Of a stretch of DNA of 64,000 nucleotides, positions 30,624 through 40,769 are shown piece by piece. The stretch's first letter is position 1. Each line of letters opens with the position of its first letter. Both the position numbers and the translations under genes were made by a program. Below the pieces are notes generated by a model. It made no database searches and was not told the DNA's origin. It was given only the letters and a program-made list of their open reading frames with translations. Source of the DNA: an uncultured Chthonomonadaceae bacterium (GTDB taxonomy: Bacteria > Armatimonadota > Chthonomonadetes > Chthonomonadales > Chthonomonadaceae); contig CAWIEK010000012.1 in assembly GCA_963835065.1 (NCBI GenBank), forward strand, positions 1 through 64,000, read 5' to 3'.

Positions 30624-33490
30624 ATGGCGGTTATCTCTGCACCAAACTCGATTCTGACCGAACCACCCACGCCCGCCGCGCCCCTGCTGCTGCTGGGGGC
30701 GGGCGGGGTTGGCGGGCGCGTGGCGAACCGGGCAAACGAGCATCTGGCGGAAACCGCGCTGGCGCAGGCGGGGGGCGTGTGCCTGCTTGCGGACGCGGGC
30801 AACGCCAACATGTCGGAATGCGGTGCGGGACGCCGTGATGCAGTTGACGCGGCAGCGCAATGTGAGCCGCATGGAGCAGGGACATGACCTGCGGCAGCCC
30901 CGATTCGAGTGGCTGCGCCTGCACGTCGTTTTCATCGCCGCGCTGGCGGAAAACGAAGCGGGCCGTTTTCAGGAACTGCTCGGCGCGCTGCTGCGGGTCA
31001 AGCATCCGGCTGTGGGCATGGAAATCGTCTGCATTTTGGACGCTTCCCACCCCGACGACGCCAATGAAGTGTTTCCCAACGCCCTTGCCCTGCTGAACAC
31101 GCTGGAATCGGAGGGGCGGGACATGATCGCGCGCTGCCGGGAAGATTGGAGCGCGAGTCTGCGCCTGCGCTTTTACGTCACGCACCCGCACCGGGCGGAT
31201 GGCAGCCGCCTGGATCATCCGAATCTTCACGCGAAGACAACGAATTCTCACCTGCCCACCCCTGATCCGTCCAATGGAAATTTAGCCAATTCTGTCCTGC
31301 CCGCTTCCAATTTACCTGCTTCTGCCGCTTCTGGCGCGAATTCGCCTGTTTCCAATCTTCCGAACTCTGCTCTTCCTGCCGCCAATTCGCTTCCTGCCGC
31401 TTCCCTGTCGGAAACGGATGAGTTCGAGTCCGCGCTTGCCGCCGCGATTTCGGCCCATGCGTCTGCAGGCGCGCTGTACGACGGGCTGGCTCCCCTGCCC
31501 GGCGCGGATGTGGACGCGCCCCTGTTCGCGCTGCTCGGCTGGTCGGGAGATGTGCTGCCCCGCAACCGCATGCTGCAGCGCTGCGCGGCATTGCTGGCCG
31601 CCGATGTGCTGGAGCGCACCGCGCATCTCGCGTCAAGAAACGACACGGCGGAAAACCTGCTCACCAACACCGAACCCGAAATCTGGAAAGCGTGGCAGGA
31701 GCAGTATCAGGCGCGGCTGCTGGATCGGCGCAAACTGCTGACGGAACTGCTTGCCAACCAGAGCGGCGTAGAGTTAAGCGTAATACCGCCCCCGCCCTCA
31801 GAGCGAAAAAGCGTTTTGCAGCGCCTGACCGCCTCTAATTTCGGCGATACGGCGGAACCTCCCGCCTCGGATTCAGACTTTGCGGTACGGATGAACCTGC
31901 CGGATGCGTCCTGGCGCAAGGCCGATGCCCGCCGCTGGCCGGACGAGATACGCGCTTTGGATACGCAGGGCGCGGCGCGGTTCGAGCAAACGCTAACTTC
32001 CCTCAACAAATCAGGAAAAGCCGAAACTATCGCCGCCGACATTGTGGCGGAACTCGCCCGGTGCGCGGATGCCTGCGTTCGGGATCATCTGGGTGGAAGC
32101 GCGGCGGCGCGGCAATTGCTGCAGCAGGCGGCGCAGGACGCGGAAGCCAAGGTACGCGCCGCCAATGAAGTAACATTCGGAGCGCCGCGCCCCACGCCAG
32201 ATTTGAAGTTGCCTGCCCGCGCCGAACTGACGCAGGCATGGGAGCGCTTTGAACAGGAGTGCGCGAAACTGCCCGGCTGGCCTGCCGTGATTGCGCGCGG
32301 GCTGGGCTTCGGGGCGCTTGTCACCACAGCCGGACTCGCCCTGACCCTGCCGGTCATTCCTCATCTTGCCGCGTTTTGGACGGTTTTGGGCGGCATGGGC
32401 GGAGTGGGATTTCCAGCGTAGCGTATGGGCGGACTTTGGGCAGATTGGCGCGGTTGGGCGAGTATGTGCGGGAATGTCTGCGCGCCAAGTACGGGCAGGG
32501 GCTGTTCGCGTGGGCGCAGGCGGCGGCGGGCACAACCACGCATGAGGGGATTTATCAGGCGGTTGCCGACATTATTCATTCCAACGAACTGCCCACGCTG
32601 GCGCGTTTCGACGATGAGCGGCAGGCGGGCATTGTGGAAGCGCGTCAGGCCAGTCCGTTTCCCGCCGGGGAAGGCACACTGGATTATCTTGCCGATGCCG
32701 ACGACGCGGACGCCCTGTACCATCATATTCGCGCTTCCATTACGGACGAGCAATTGGATACGGACGCCCGCGCCCTGCTGCAAGCGAAAATCTTTGCCGG
32801 TTGGCGGTATCCCACGTTCGACACCATCTTGCCGCGCGTCCGTGACTATGAGCGAACAGCGCGGCTCGGCGCGTGGGAACGCGCCAACAAAACAGCGGGC
32901 GACATCATCCATGAACTGCTGACAGCCCAGGTCACGGAACCGGAAAGCGCGAGGAACTGTTCCGCGCCTGGGTGACGCGCCGCCTCGATTTGCTGGCCTT
33001 GCGCTGCATGATTCTCGCGCTGCGCCCGCCCATGCACCCCGAACGCGACAATGTAGGAGGAAGATCAGCGCGGAATTCTGCTGTTACGACGCCGCTGTAC
33101 GACGAGGTGGGCAGCGTGACAACCTCAGTTCGCCTGATCGTGCCCGCCAGTTTCCGGTGGCATGCGACGGGAGATAAGCCGGGGCTTGCCAACGACGAAG
33201 CCAACGTAAACGTCGCGCCTCCCGACTCGGCGGCGGCACAAATCGCGCGCTGGTTCGGCGGGGGCGGCAACGCGACCCATCTTACCGTCAGCGAACAGGA
33301 CGAAGCGGCCTGCCTTGTCACGGTTGCGGGACTGACGGCGGAACGGGCGGTGCAGGCGTTGGGACAGGGCATCGGGGAAGCGCCCGTCGCGCCGCTTGCC
33401 GCCCCGGTCACGCCCGCAGACACAAACGGACACGGCTCCAACGGCCATGACAAAGCCGCAAAGCCTTTGACATTGGAGCGACAGCCATGA
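30624..33490 (+). CDS. Degenerate tubulin-like paralog with a TM hairpin; split by frameshifts near 30790, 32405 and 32950
   Basis: LLLLGAGGVGGRVA; signature replaced by VFIAALAENEAG; LFALLGWSG...MLQRCAALLA parallels YSAFGLVG...LIDYCATRLG; ends overlapping the next ATG. Confidence 0.65.
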
Positions 33491-34951
33491 GCGCCCTGGC
33501 CCTGTGCCTGTATCTGACCCTGTTTTATTTTCTGCCGGCTGCGGGCGCTCCGGGGTACCAGTGGCTGTGGGTTCACGCGCGCGAAAAACTGCCCCGGCTG
33601 ATGTTTTACCACGACCACGCCCTCGTCTGGAACGGCGCGTTTTATACGACTATGTTGGGGGCATGGATACTTTGCTATGCGTTGTGCGCGGGGTTTCGAT
33701 GGCTTGTCCGCCACGATGACGCGCAATGGGAGGGGCTGTTTACGGGCTTTGCGCGAGGGACGGGACTGGGATGGCTCAATGCGCTGCTGACCCTGCTGTT
33801 TGTGGCGCTGATTGTGTTCTGCGCGTCGAACAATTATCCCTTACACGGCCTGTTGAGCGCGGGGCTTCCCGTTATCAGCGTCCTGTGCCTGCCCGGCCTG
33901 CTGCCCGGAAAACTCCCCAAAAAGAAGCAATCCGCCCGCAAAAACGCCATAAATTCCAAGCAAACGCCGCAGCCCGCGCCAACGCAAAATTCCACGCAAG
34001 TGGCAAGTCCTGCGCCACCAGCGAATTCTGCGCAAGCAACTGCCCCCGCGCAAGCGGTGAATGTTACGCCAACCGCTAGTAATGCTCCTGCTTCCAACGC
34101 CGCCGTCAGCGCCGGGACTGCTGTTCCGGCTGCTTCGTCAGCGCCGGCTCCTGCCGTGCCGGAAACTCCCCTGCCGACTTCCGCCGCAGCCCTGGACGCG
34201 CCCGATGCCGCAGATGCGTCCGACACTCCACCGCCCATTTCTGCCCATACGCGGGAACTGAAACCCGACGAACCGCCGCCCATTAACGCGCAGGTCTTAC
34301 GGGAACGGATTCGGCAGGCCGTATACTTTGCGGGCGCGGCGGAATGGGAGTTTCGGGACCTTGCCTTCACGCCTGCCGCGCAGCCCGACCCGCGCCTGCC
34401 GAATGAGCCGCCTTTGCAGGTGCGCTGCCACATACAGCGCGCCGACTATTTGAACGCGCAGGCTCGTCCGCGCCCGACAGAGGCCAGCTGGAATGGCGCA
34501 AGTGGCGGCGGAAGGCGCAGGTTCCGCGCCTATCCGCTCCGCCGCGCATCAACTTCTGGCGGACACGCGACAAGAACCGCGTTACCGAGTCCGCAAGGCG
34601 CTGGATTTCGCGGCGGGTTTGAACACGGAGCCTGCGCCGGATGGCGTATTGCGCCTGCCCCTGCAAACGCTGCACGACGGCGCGGGAACCGAACTGGAAA
34701 AAGCGCTTCTGGCTGCCGCGCTGCTGCAAGCCGGCGGCTTCCCCACCCGCTTGTGGCGTCAGCAGCAGGGAACGAACGAGATCATTGGCGTGGCTGTCGG
34801 CGGCCTGTACGACCCGGACGGTTATGTTCCCGGCGTGACCCTGCCGGACGCGCAAACAGGAACCGTCTGGCGATTATGCGCGGGGGCAGGCGCAACGCCG
34901 GACGCCGGCCAAACCACGCTGTACCCCTTGCAAACCCCTGTTTCCGCCTAA
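33487..34951 (+). CDS. Membrane protein with Ala/Pro linker and transglutaminase-like C-terminus lacking the catalytic Cys; +1 frameshift near 34491
   Basis: About four TM helices; PLQTLHDGAGTELEKALLAAALL resembles P.ETL...GDCED...LA.LL. Confidence 0.6.
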
Positions 34952-35076
34952 TGGTTCGTAAATTTATAACTTCTCAGAGAGCGCGGCAAACAACGCCCGG
35001 CAAGAAGTTCGTACAAGAAGTGGCGCATGTTTGAGACAGGCGTTAGCGATTATGTTGAAGCGGAACGAGGCAAACT

Positions 35077-36337
35077 GTGAAACACGTATGGATATTTCTA
35101 AGCGCGCTGCTCCTGGCGACAGGAAGCCGAATATGGGCGGCGGAAACCGGGCTGCGAGGCTCGGCGGGCAAGGTGGATATAACGCCTGACAAGCCCGCGT
35201 ACATTGCCGGATACGAGATGAACCGGCTGAGTACGGGGGTACATGACCGGCTGATGGCGCGCTGCATGGTTTTGGAATCGGGCGGCGTGAAAATCGCGTT
35301 TGTATCGTGCGACGTGATCGGCCTGCCGCGCTACCAGATCGAAAAGATACGGCAGGCGATCAAAACCGTCAAGCCCGCGCAGGTCTATATCGCCGCCACG
35401 CACACCCATTCCGGCCCGGACACACTCGGACAGTGGGGCCGCGACCTGCAAACCAGTGGCGTCAATCAAGAGTGGATGGCGAACCTGCGAACGAAAATCG
35501 CGTCTTTAGTAGATAACACCGTTGCGCAATGCAAGCCCGTCGCGCTGAAGTTCGCGGCGACAACCGAAATGCCGCGCATTTCCAAAAACTCCCGCGTTCC
35601 GCAGATTCTGGATACGGAATTGGGCGTGATGCAGATGGTTGGGGCGGCGGACGGCAAGCCTGTCGCCACGTTCGTCAATTACGCCTGCCACCCGGAAGTG
35701 CTGGACACGCGGCAGGTCAGCGCCGATTTCCCGCACTGGCTGTACGAAACGGTCGAAGGCAAGCGGAGGCGGCGTTTGCCTGTACCTCAACGGGGCGCAG
35801 GGCGGCATGATTACGGCGGATTTTGACGAAACAACCGCGCCGAAAGGCCAAAACTGGCAGGCGGCGGAAACCATCGGCACGAGTTTGGGCAAGCGCGTGT
35901 TGGAGATTGTTTCGGGCGCGGAAGCCCTGAACAGCGCTCCCATTACAACCGAACAGCGCGTGTTTGCGGTTCCATTGGAAAACCCGCGCTTTCAGGCGCT
36001 CCTCTCCCTGAACGTGTTTCCCCGCGACATGGTGAAAAACGGCCTGCTGGAAACGGAAGTGAACCGCATTACGATTGGCCCGGCGGAGTTTCTGACCCTG
36101 CCCGGCGAAGTCCTGCCCAACATCGGCCTGTATTTGAAACACGCCATGCGAACGGCAAACGGCGGCAAGGACAAACCCAAATTTCTGCTCGGCCTGTGCA
36201 GCGACGAATTAGGCTACATCTTAACGCCGGAAGATTATTTCCTGCCGTTGTACAAATACGAATCAAGCGTATCCGTCGGCCCGCAAATCGAGCCGCTGAT
36301 GGCGCAAAACTTGCTGTCAATGTTACCGAAGAAGTAA
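35077..36337 (+). CDS. Neutral/alkaline ceramidase-like protein; +1 frameshift near 35760
   Basis: GVHDRLMAR, ATHTHSGP, NYACHPE, SADFP, LNGAQG, TLPGE. Confidence 0.8.
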
Positions 36338-36339
36338 GA

Positions 36340-36580
36340 GGGGAAGAAAAAAAGAAAAGAAGAAAAGGAGAAGAGGAGATAGAAACCGCGAAACACACGA
36401 AACACACGAAAAAACAAAAGAGAGAGCAGAAAAGATAAAAACAAAGAGGAAGTATCTTACAAGAACCTTGCGAGGTCACTGCTCTCCTTTGCCGCCTTTG
36501 CCTCTTTGCGGTTCTTTCTGTTTTTCTTTTTTCGTATCTCCTTTTTCGTTTAGTTCGTGTGTTTCGCGGTTTCTATCTCC
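36340..36580. repeat. Second copy (opposite orientation) of the nested inverted 9-mer element
   Basis: AACCGCGAAACACACGAAACACACGAA ... CTTTGCCGCCTTTGCCTCTTTGCGGTT ... TTCGTGTGTTTCGCGGTT. Confidence 0.85.
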
Positions 36581-36623
36581 TTTATTGTAGTGACCGCGCA
36601 TTGGGGAAGGATGGGGGCAAACG

Positions 36624-37589
36624 GTGAATCGAATCTATCGCTGGTGGTTTGGGAGTTTGACGTGCTTGACGCTGATGAGCGTTCTGGCGGGAAGCGCGGG
36701 GGCGCAAAAGCCTACCAATGACAACAAGGAGAAAACGGAAACGGTGATGCCTACGTGGTCGCATTTGCAGGAAACGTATGCGTATGACGCCAAAAAGCCG
36801 CTGCGCGTGAAGGAAGAACTTAAACACAGCGACACGGCGTACATGGTGCATCTGCAAATCGAAGGGCCGGACGGCAAGATGGCGCCGGGCGTGTTTATGC
36901 GGCCCAAAGCGGACGGCGTGTACCCGGTCGTGCTGCTGCTGCATGGCCTGACCAGTGATAAGGAAACCATGCTCAACATCTTCGGCAAGCCGATGGTGGA
37001 GCAGGGCGTGGCGGTGTTGGCGCTGGACGCGCCCTATCATGGCGAACGCAAAGACCCGAAAGTGAATCCCTCGCAGCCGACCGTGTTTCCCGGCGTGGTG
37101 CAGCAAGGCTGCCGGGAATGGCGGCGCGGCTTGGATTACCTGGCGACCCGCAAGGACGTGGATATGAAACACGTCGGGCTGCTCGGCTACAGCATGGGTT
37201 CCATGATGGGTTCCATTTTGGGCGGCGTGGATAACCGTATCAGCGCGTTCTCGCTGTGCGTGGGCGGCGACCCGGTTCTGCCGGCGGCGGAACAGCTTCC
37301 GATGATGCTGCGCGACGTCGTGTATGCGTCCAGTCCAAGCTTGTACATCGGGCATATCGCGCCGCGCCCCCTGCTGATGCTCAACGGCAGGCGCGACACG
37401 ACCATGCCGGAAGCGGCTTCCAAACGCCTGTACACAGCCGCGCATGAGCCGAAACAGCAGCTCATGTACGACTGCGGCCACATCCTGACACCGGAAGCGG
37501 GCATGAAGGCGGTCACATGGATACTGGAAAAGGTGAAGCCGGGAACAACGGTAAAGTTGGGCGCGAACCATGCGCCCACGCCGAAGTAG
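36624..37589 (+). CDS. Secreted alpha/beta hydrolase (esterase / dienelactone hydrolase-like)
   Basis: Signal peptide, LLHG, GYSMG, RRD, CGH. Confidence 0.85.
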   Translation: MNRIYRWWFGSLTCLTLMSVLAGSAGAQKPTNDNKEKTETVMPTWSHLQETYAYDAKKPLRVKEELKHSDTAYMVHLQIEGPDGKMAPGVFMRPKADGVYPVVLLLHGLTSDKETMLNIFGKPMVEQGVAVLALDAPYHGERKDPKVNPSQPTVFPGVVQQGCREWRRGLDYLATRKDVDMKHVGLLGYSMGSMMGSILGGVDNRISAFSLCVGGDPVLPAAEQLPMMLRDVVYASSPSLYIGHIAPRPLLMLNGRRDTTMPEAASKRLYTAAHEPKQQLMYDCGHILTPEAGMKAVTWILEKVKPGTTVKLGANHAPTPK

Positions 37590-37634
37590 GCAGCAGCGGT
37601 TCCTGTCTCCCTGTCTCCTCTTCTCCCCCTCTGA

Positions 37635-38681
37635 TCACTGCGGCGGATTGGCAAGCGGGAACCGCACTTTATGATCGGGGAACTGGTCGAGACGCGCCTG
37701 TCCCCAGCGCATCCATTTGGCGTGTCCGTCGTAATAGATGTAGTTGGAACCGCCCTGATGCCGGTTGTACTTGATCCAGCCCTCATTGGGGCGCGTTCCG
37801 GTGCCCCATTGCACCAGCGCGGCCTCGCCCGGCCAGGTGTCGTAGTCATCCTGGGGCACATAGTAGAAATCCGAAGTGGGATCGTCCAGTCCCTCCGAGT
37901 TGCGCTCGGAAAACATAATGATGTTGGGGTTGGACAGGGAAGAAATCACCGAGTCGGTGGCAAAGCCGGGCAGCGCTCCCTCCAGAATGTAGCGGCACGA
38001 TTTGTGCGTAAAAATGGAGTTCAGCACATAACTCCACATCGCCCGGTTGTTCTTTTCCGCCTGGCACTGCTCCCCATCGGGCGCGGCGGTACACTCCTGC
38101 CCAATAACGGTGATGCCGCCGTTATAGTCCTGAATGTTGGTTACAAGCCGCTGCGATTTAGGAGACGGGTCGGACGGGCAGAACATCAGCTGACGGCTCT
38201 TGATGTACGGCTGAAAGAAGATTGCCCAGGGTTTTTCCGCGTTGCTGTTGCCGGCCCCACCCCCTTTGCAGCCATCTATCGAAGAAGGCAGAACATCCGT
38301 CTGCGTCCCATCGTCAAGGACAAACCCCTCATGGTGATGATACAGCGCCCCGTCGAAATCTTCCATGTACATGCGCGCGGCAAGCCCGACCTGCTTGCAG
38401 TTGGACAGGCAGGCGGTTTTTCGCGCCGCCTCCCGCGCCTGCGCAAACACGGGAAACAGAATGGCGGCGAGAATCGCGATTATCGCGATCACGACGAGCA
38501 GTTCGATCAGGGTGAACGCCCGGTGGAGGGAAGAAAACAAGGATGAAGGATGAAGGATGAATCCATTGCCGATTGCCGATTTATCCTCTTCTGTCTTCTC
38601 TTCTGTTCCCTGTTCCCTATTCCCTGTTCCCTCCTGTGTTGGGCGTTGCGTAAACCGTTTTTTGTTGCGTGTGGGCGTCAT
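37635..38681 (-). CDS. Prepilin-type N-terminal cleavage/methylation protein (DUF1559, H-X9-DG)
   Basis: [54 protein letters not shown]. Confidence 0.92.
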   Translation of the reverse strand: MTPTRNKKRFTQRPTQEGTGNREQGTEEKTEEDKSAIGNGFILHPSSLFSSLHRAFTLIELLVVIAIIAILAAILFPVFAQAREAARKTACLSNCKQVGLAARMYMEDFDGALYHHHEGFVLDDGTQTDVLPSSIDGCKGGGAGNSNAEKPWAIFFQPYIKSRQLMFCPSDPSPKSQRLVTNIQDYNGGITVIGQECTAAPDGEQCQAEKNNRAMWSYVLNSIFTHKSCRYILEGALPGFATDSVISSLSNPNIIMFSERNSEGLDDPTSDFYYVPQDDYDTWPGEAALVQWGTGTRPNEGWIKYNRHQGGSNYIYYDGHAKWMRWGQARLDQFPDHKVRFPLANPPQ

Positions 38682-38728
38682 GGCTAAGTTTCTCCCGGTG
38701 TTTGCGCTGCAAGTTTTGCTGTAAGATT

Positions 38729-38755
38729 GTAGCACGAATTTCAAAATTGTGCTAC
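38729..38755. promoter_or_regulatory. Palindromic operator-like site in the divergent promoter region
   Basis: GTAGCAC-GAATTTCAAAATT-GTGCTAC. Confidence 0.45.
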
Positions 38756-38873
38756 CAAATGAAGGGAGCGCGTCCGCAAATTCGCGTTTTCGGCGAAACA
38801 TGGCGGCGCGTGAAAATTTAATGAGGCCAAAAGGATATACAAGCAGGATTTATTGCGACCTACATCAAAATAG

Positions 38874-38902
38874 TTGACACGAATTCGCTTCTGCTTTATA
38901 AT
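38874..38902 (+). promoter_or_regulatory. Consensus sigma70 promoter for the 38959-45768 operon
   Basis: TTGACA-17 bp-TATAAT. Confidence 0.8.
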
Positions 38903-38958
38903 GCAGATGCAGCTTTGTGGGTACAACGGCGTGACGCGCTGCGCAGGGAGGTTTTTGC

Positions 38959-39492
38959 ATGACGGACACATTTTCTTCCATTGAGCCGGAAAGCACGAAA
39001 GCGCCGGCAGGTAAGGCCGGCAAAAAGAAACGAGGCCGCATAGGGGAAATTCTGGGCGTTCTGGTCATCATCGGGCTTGTGGTCGGCATCGCGTTTTATC
39101 AGGAGACGATCAGCTCCTTCTTCGCGCTGCGCTTGTGGGATAAAAGCGCGCCGGGAAATACGGTAGCGAGTTTCCTTGCCGCCGGGAAAAAGGGGGATCA
39201 GAAAGCCGCCGACAGCTACCTGGGGAGTTCCGACTTCCACGCCCTGAACAAAAACGGCAAGTGGCAGGGATATTTCATCGTAACGCCCGCCGGTAAAATC
39301 GAGTTTACGTTTGACGATCTCGCGCCCAACGCCGCGCCCGCCGACGTGCCGACAAACTTTCTCACGATAGGCAAAGGCGCTGCCGAAGTGATGATGCCGA
39401 GCGCGGGCGGGAAACCCGTGAAGTACCGACTGGAAATGAAAGATGGCGCCTGGAAAATCACGGAGATACTCGGCGGCCATGCCTCACACTGA
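38959..39492 (+). CDS. Hypothetical membrane-anchored protein
   Basis: GGAGG RBS; basic patch then one TM helix; ends DGAWKITEI. Confidence 0.75.
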   Translation: MTDTFSSIEPESTKAPAGKAGKKKRGRIGEILGVLVIIGLVVGIAFYQETISSFFALRLWDKSAPGNTVASFLAAGKKGDQKAADSYLGSSDFHALNKNGKWQGYFIVTPAGKIEFTFDDLAPNAAPADVPTNFLTIGKGAAEVMMPSAGGKPVKYRLEMKDGAWKITEILGGHASH

Positions 39493-40765
39493 TACAAGCG
39501 TCAAGAACAAAGTCAGCGAAGGTAAGCAAAAGGCTGCGGGCAAACAGCGGCCTGGCGGTTCCCGTCGGCTTTGGCGGCTTTGTGTTGGAGCATTGGTTGG
39601 GATAATCGCGCTGACAGCCATTCTCTACGGGCCGTCGCAATGGGCGAATTATCAGAATGCCAAACTGAAGCGCTTGAGCCTGCCGGAACTGGAAGGAGTC
39701 GTTAAGCAACAGCCCCAAAATGTCAATGCGCTGTATTCTCTTGGCCTGGCGTATTCCCGCGACAACCGCCATCTGGATGCCACGCGCGCCTTTCTCGCCG
39801 TTCTCGACAAAGACCCGGTGCGCGCCGACGTCCTCAACGATCTGGGCGTTTCCTATCTGTTTCAGCAGCGCTATTATGAATCTCTTGTAGCGTTTCAGGG
39901 GGCGTTGTCCGTCCGACCGGATTACGCGCCCGCCTGCGCCAACATGGGGCGGCTTCACCTGGCAACCAAGATGCCCTTTTCCGCTGTCACCGAACTGGAA
40001 AAGGCGGTGAAGCTGGAAGGCAATAATGTCGCCGCCCTGTGCGATCTTGGCGAAGCGTACCAGCAGACGCTCAACCTGAAAGGGGCGCAGACCATTTATC
40101 AGCGCGCCCTGCAATCCGATCCCAACTCCCTTCCGGCCTGCGTTGGCCTGGGCAAAACTCTTTACAGCCTGGGGAACTACGACGAGGCCGAAAAGTCGCT
40201 GAATACGGCGCTGAAACTGTCGCCGGACAATTCTGCCGCCCTGATCGCGCTCGGACGCCTGCGCCTGGAGCGGGCCGCGAATTCCGCAGAGGTGGAAGGC
40301 GCGTCGGCCCTGTTTACGCGCGCTATTCAGTCGGATGCGGAAGACCCGGAAGGCTGGTACAACCTGGGCCGCGCGTTGTTGCGCCAGAACAAGCCGACGC
40401 TGGCAGTGGAAAAACTGGCACACGCTCTGCAATTATCGCCGCAGCACCAGAGCGCTATGCACGAAATGGAGCGCGCGTTGCGACTGAGCGGGAGGATTTC
40501 GGACGCGGATCGCGTGGGGCAGGAGTTTCAAAGACTTGCCCTGCGCGACCGGGAAGAAACGCATCTGGAGGAACACATCGCCCACGCGCCGCAGGATTGG
40601 GACGCCAAAGTCCGGCTGGCGCTATCGTATACGCAGTCCGGCAATCGCGGCATGGCGCTGCTGCTGTACCGTCAGGTGAAGGAAAACGCCCCGCAAACGC
40701 CCCAACTGCCTGCGCTGCAGCAGGCATTGAACCGGCAGGCCGCTATGTCCGCTCCTGTGCGCTGA
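39479..40765 (+). CDS. Membrane-anchored TPR protein
   Basis: N-terminal TM helix; multiple TPRs (YSLGLAY, NDLGVSY, CDLGEAY, YNLGRAL). Confidence 0.88.
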   Translation: MPHTDTSVKNKVSEGKQKAAGKQRPGGSRRLWRLCVGALVGIIALTAILYGPSQWANYQNAKLKRLSLPELEGVVKQQPQNVNALYSLGLAYSRDNRHLDATRAFLAVLDKDPVRADVLNDLGVSYLFQQRYYESLVAFQGALSVRPDYAPACANMGRLHLATKMPFSAVTELEKAVKLEGNNVAALCDLGEAYQQTLNLKGAQTIYQRALQSDPNSLPACVGLGKTLYSLGNYDEAEKSLNTALKLSPDNSAALIALGRLRLERAANSAEVEGASALFTRAIQSDAEDPEGWYNLGRALLRQNKPTLAVEKLAHALQLSPQHQSAMHEMERALRLSGRISDADRVGQEFQRLALRDREETHLEEHIAHAPQDWDAKVRLALSYTQSGNRGMALLLYRQVKENAPQTPQLPALQQALNRQAAMSAPVR

Positions 40766-40769
40766 AACT

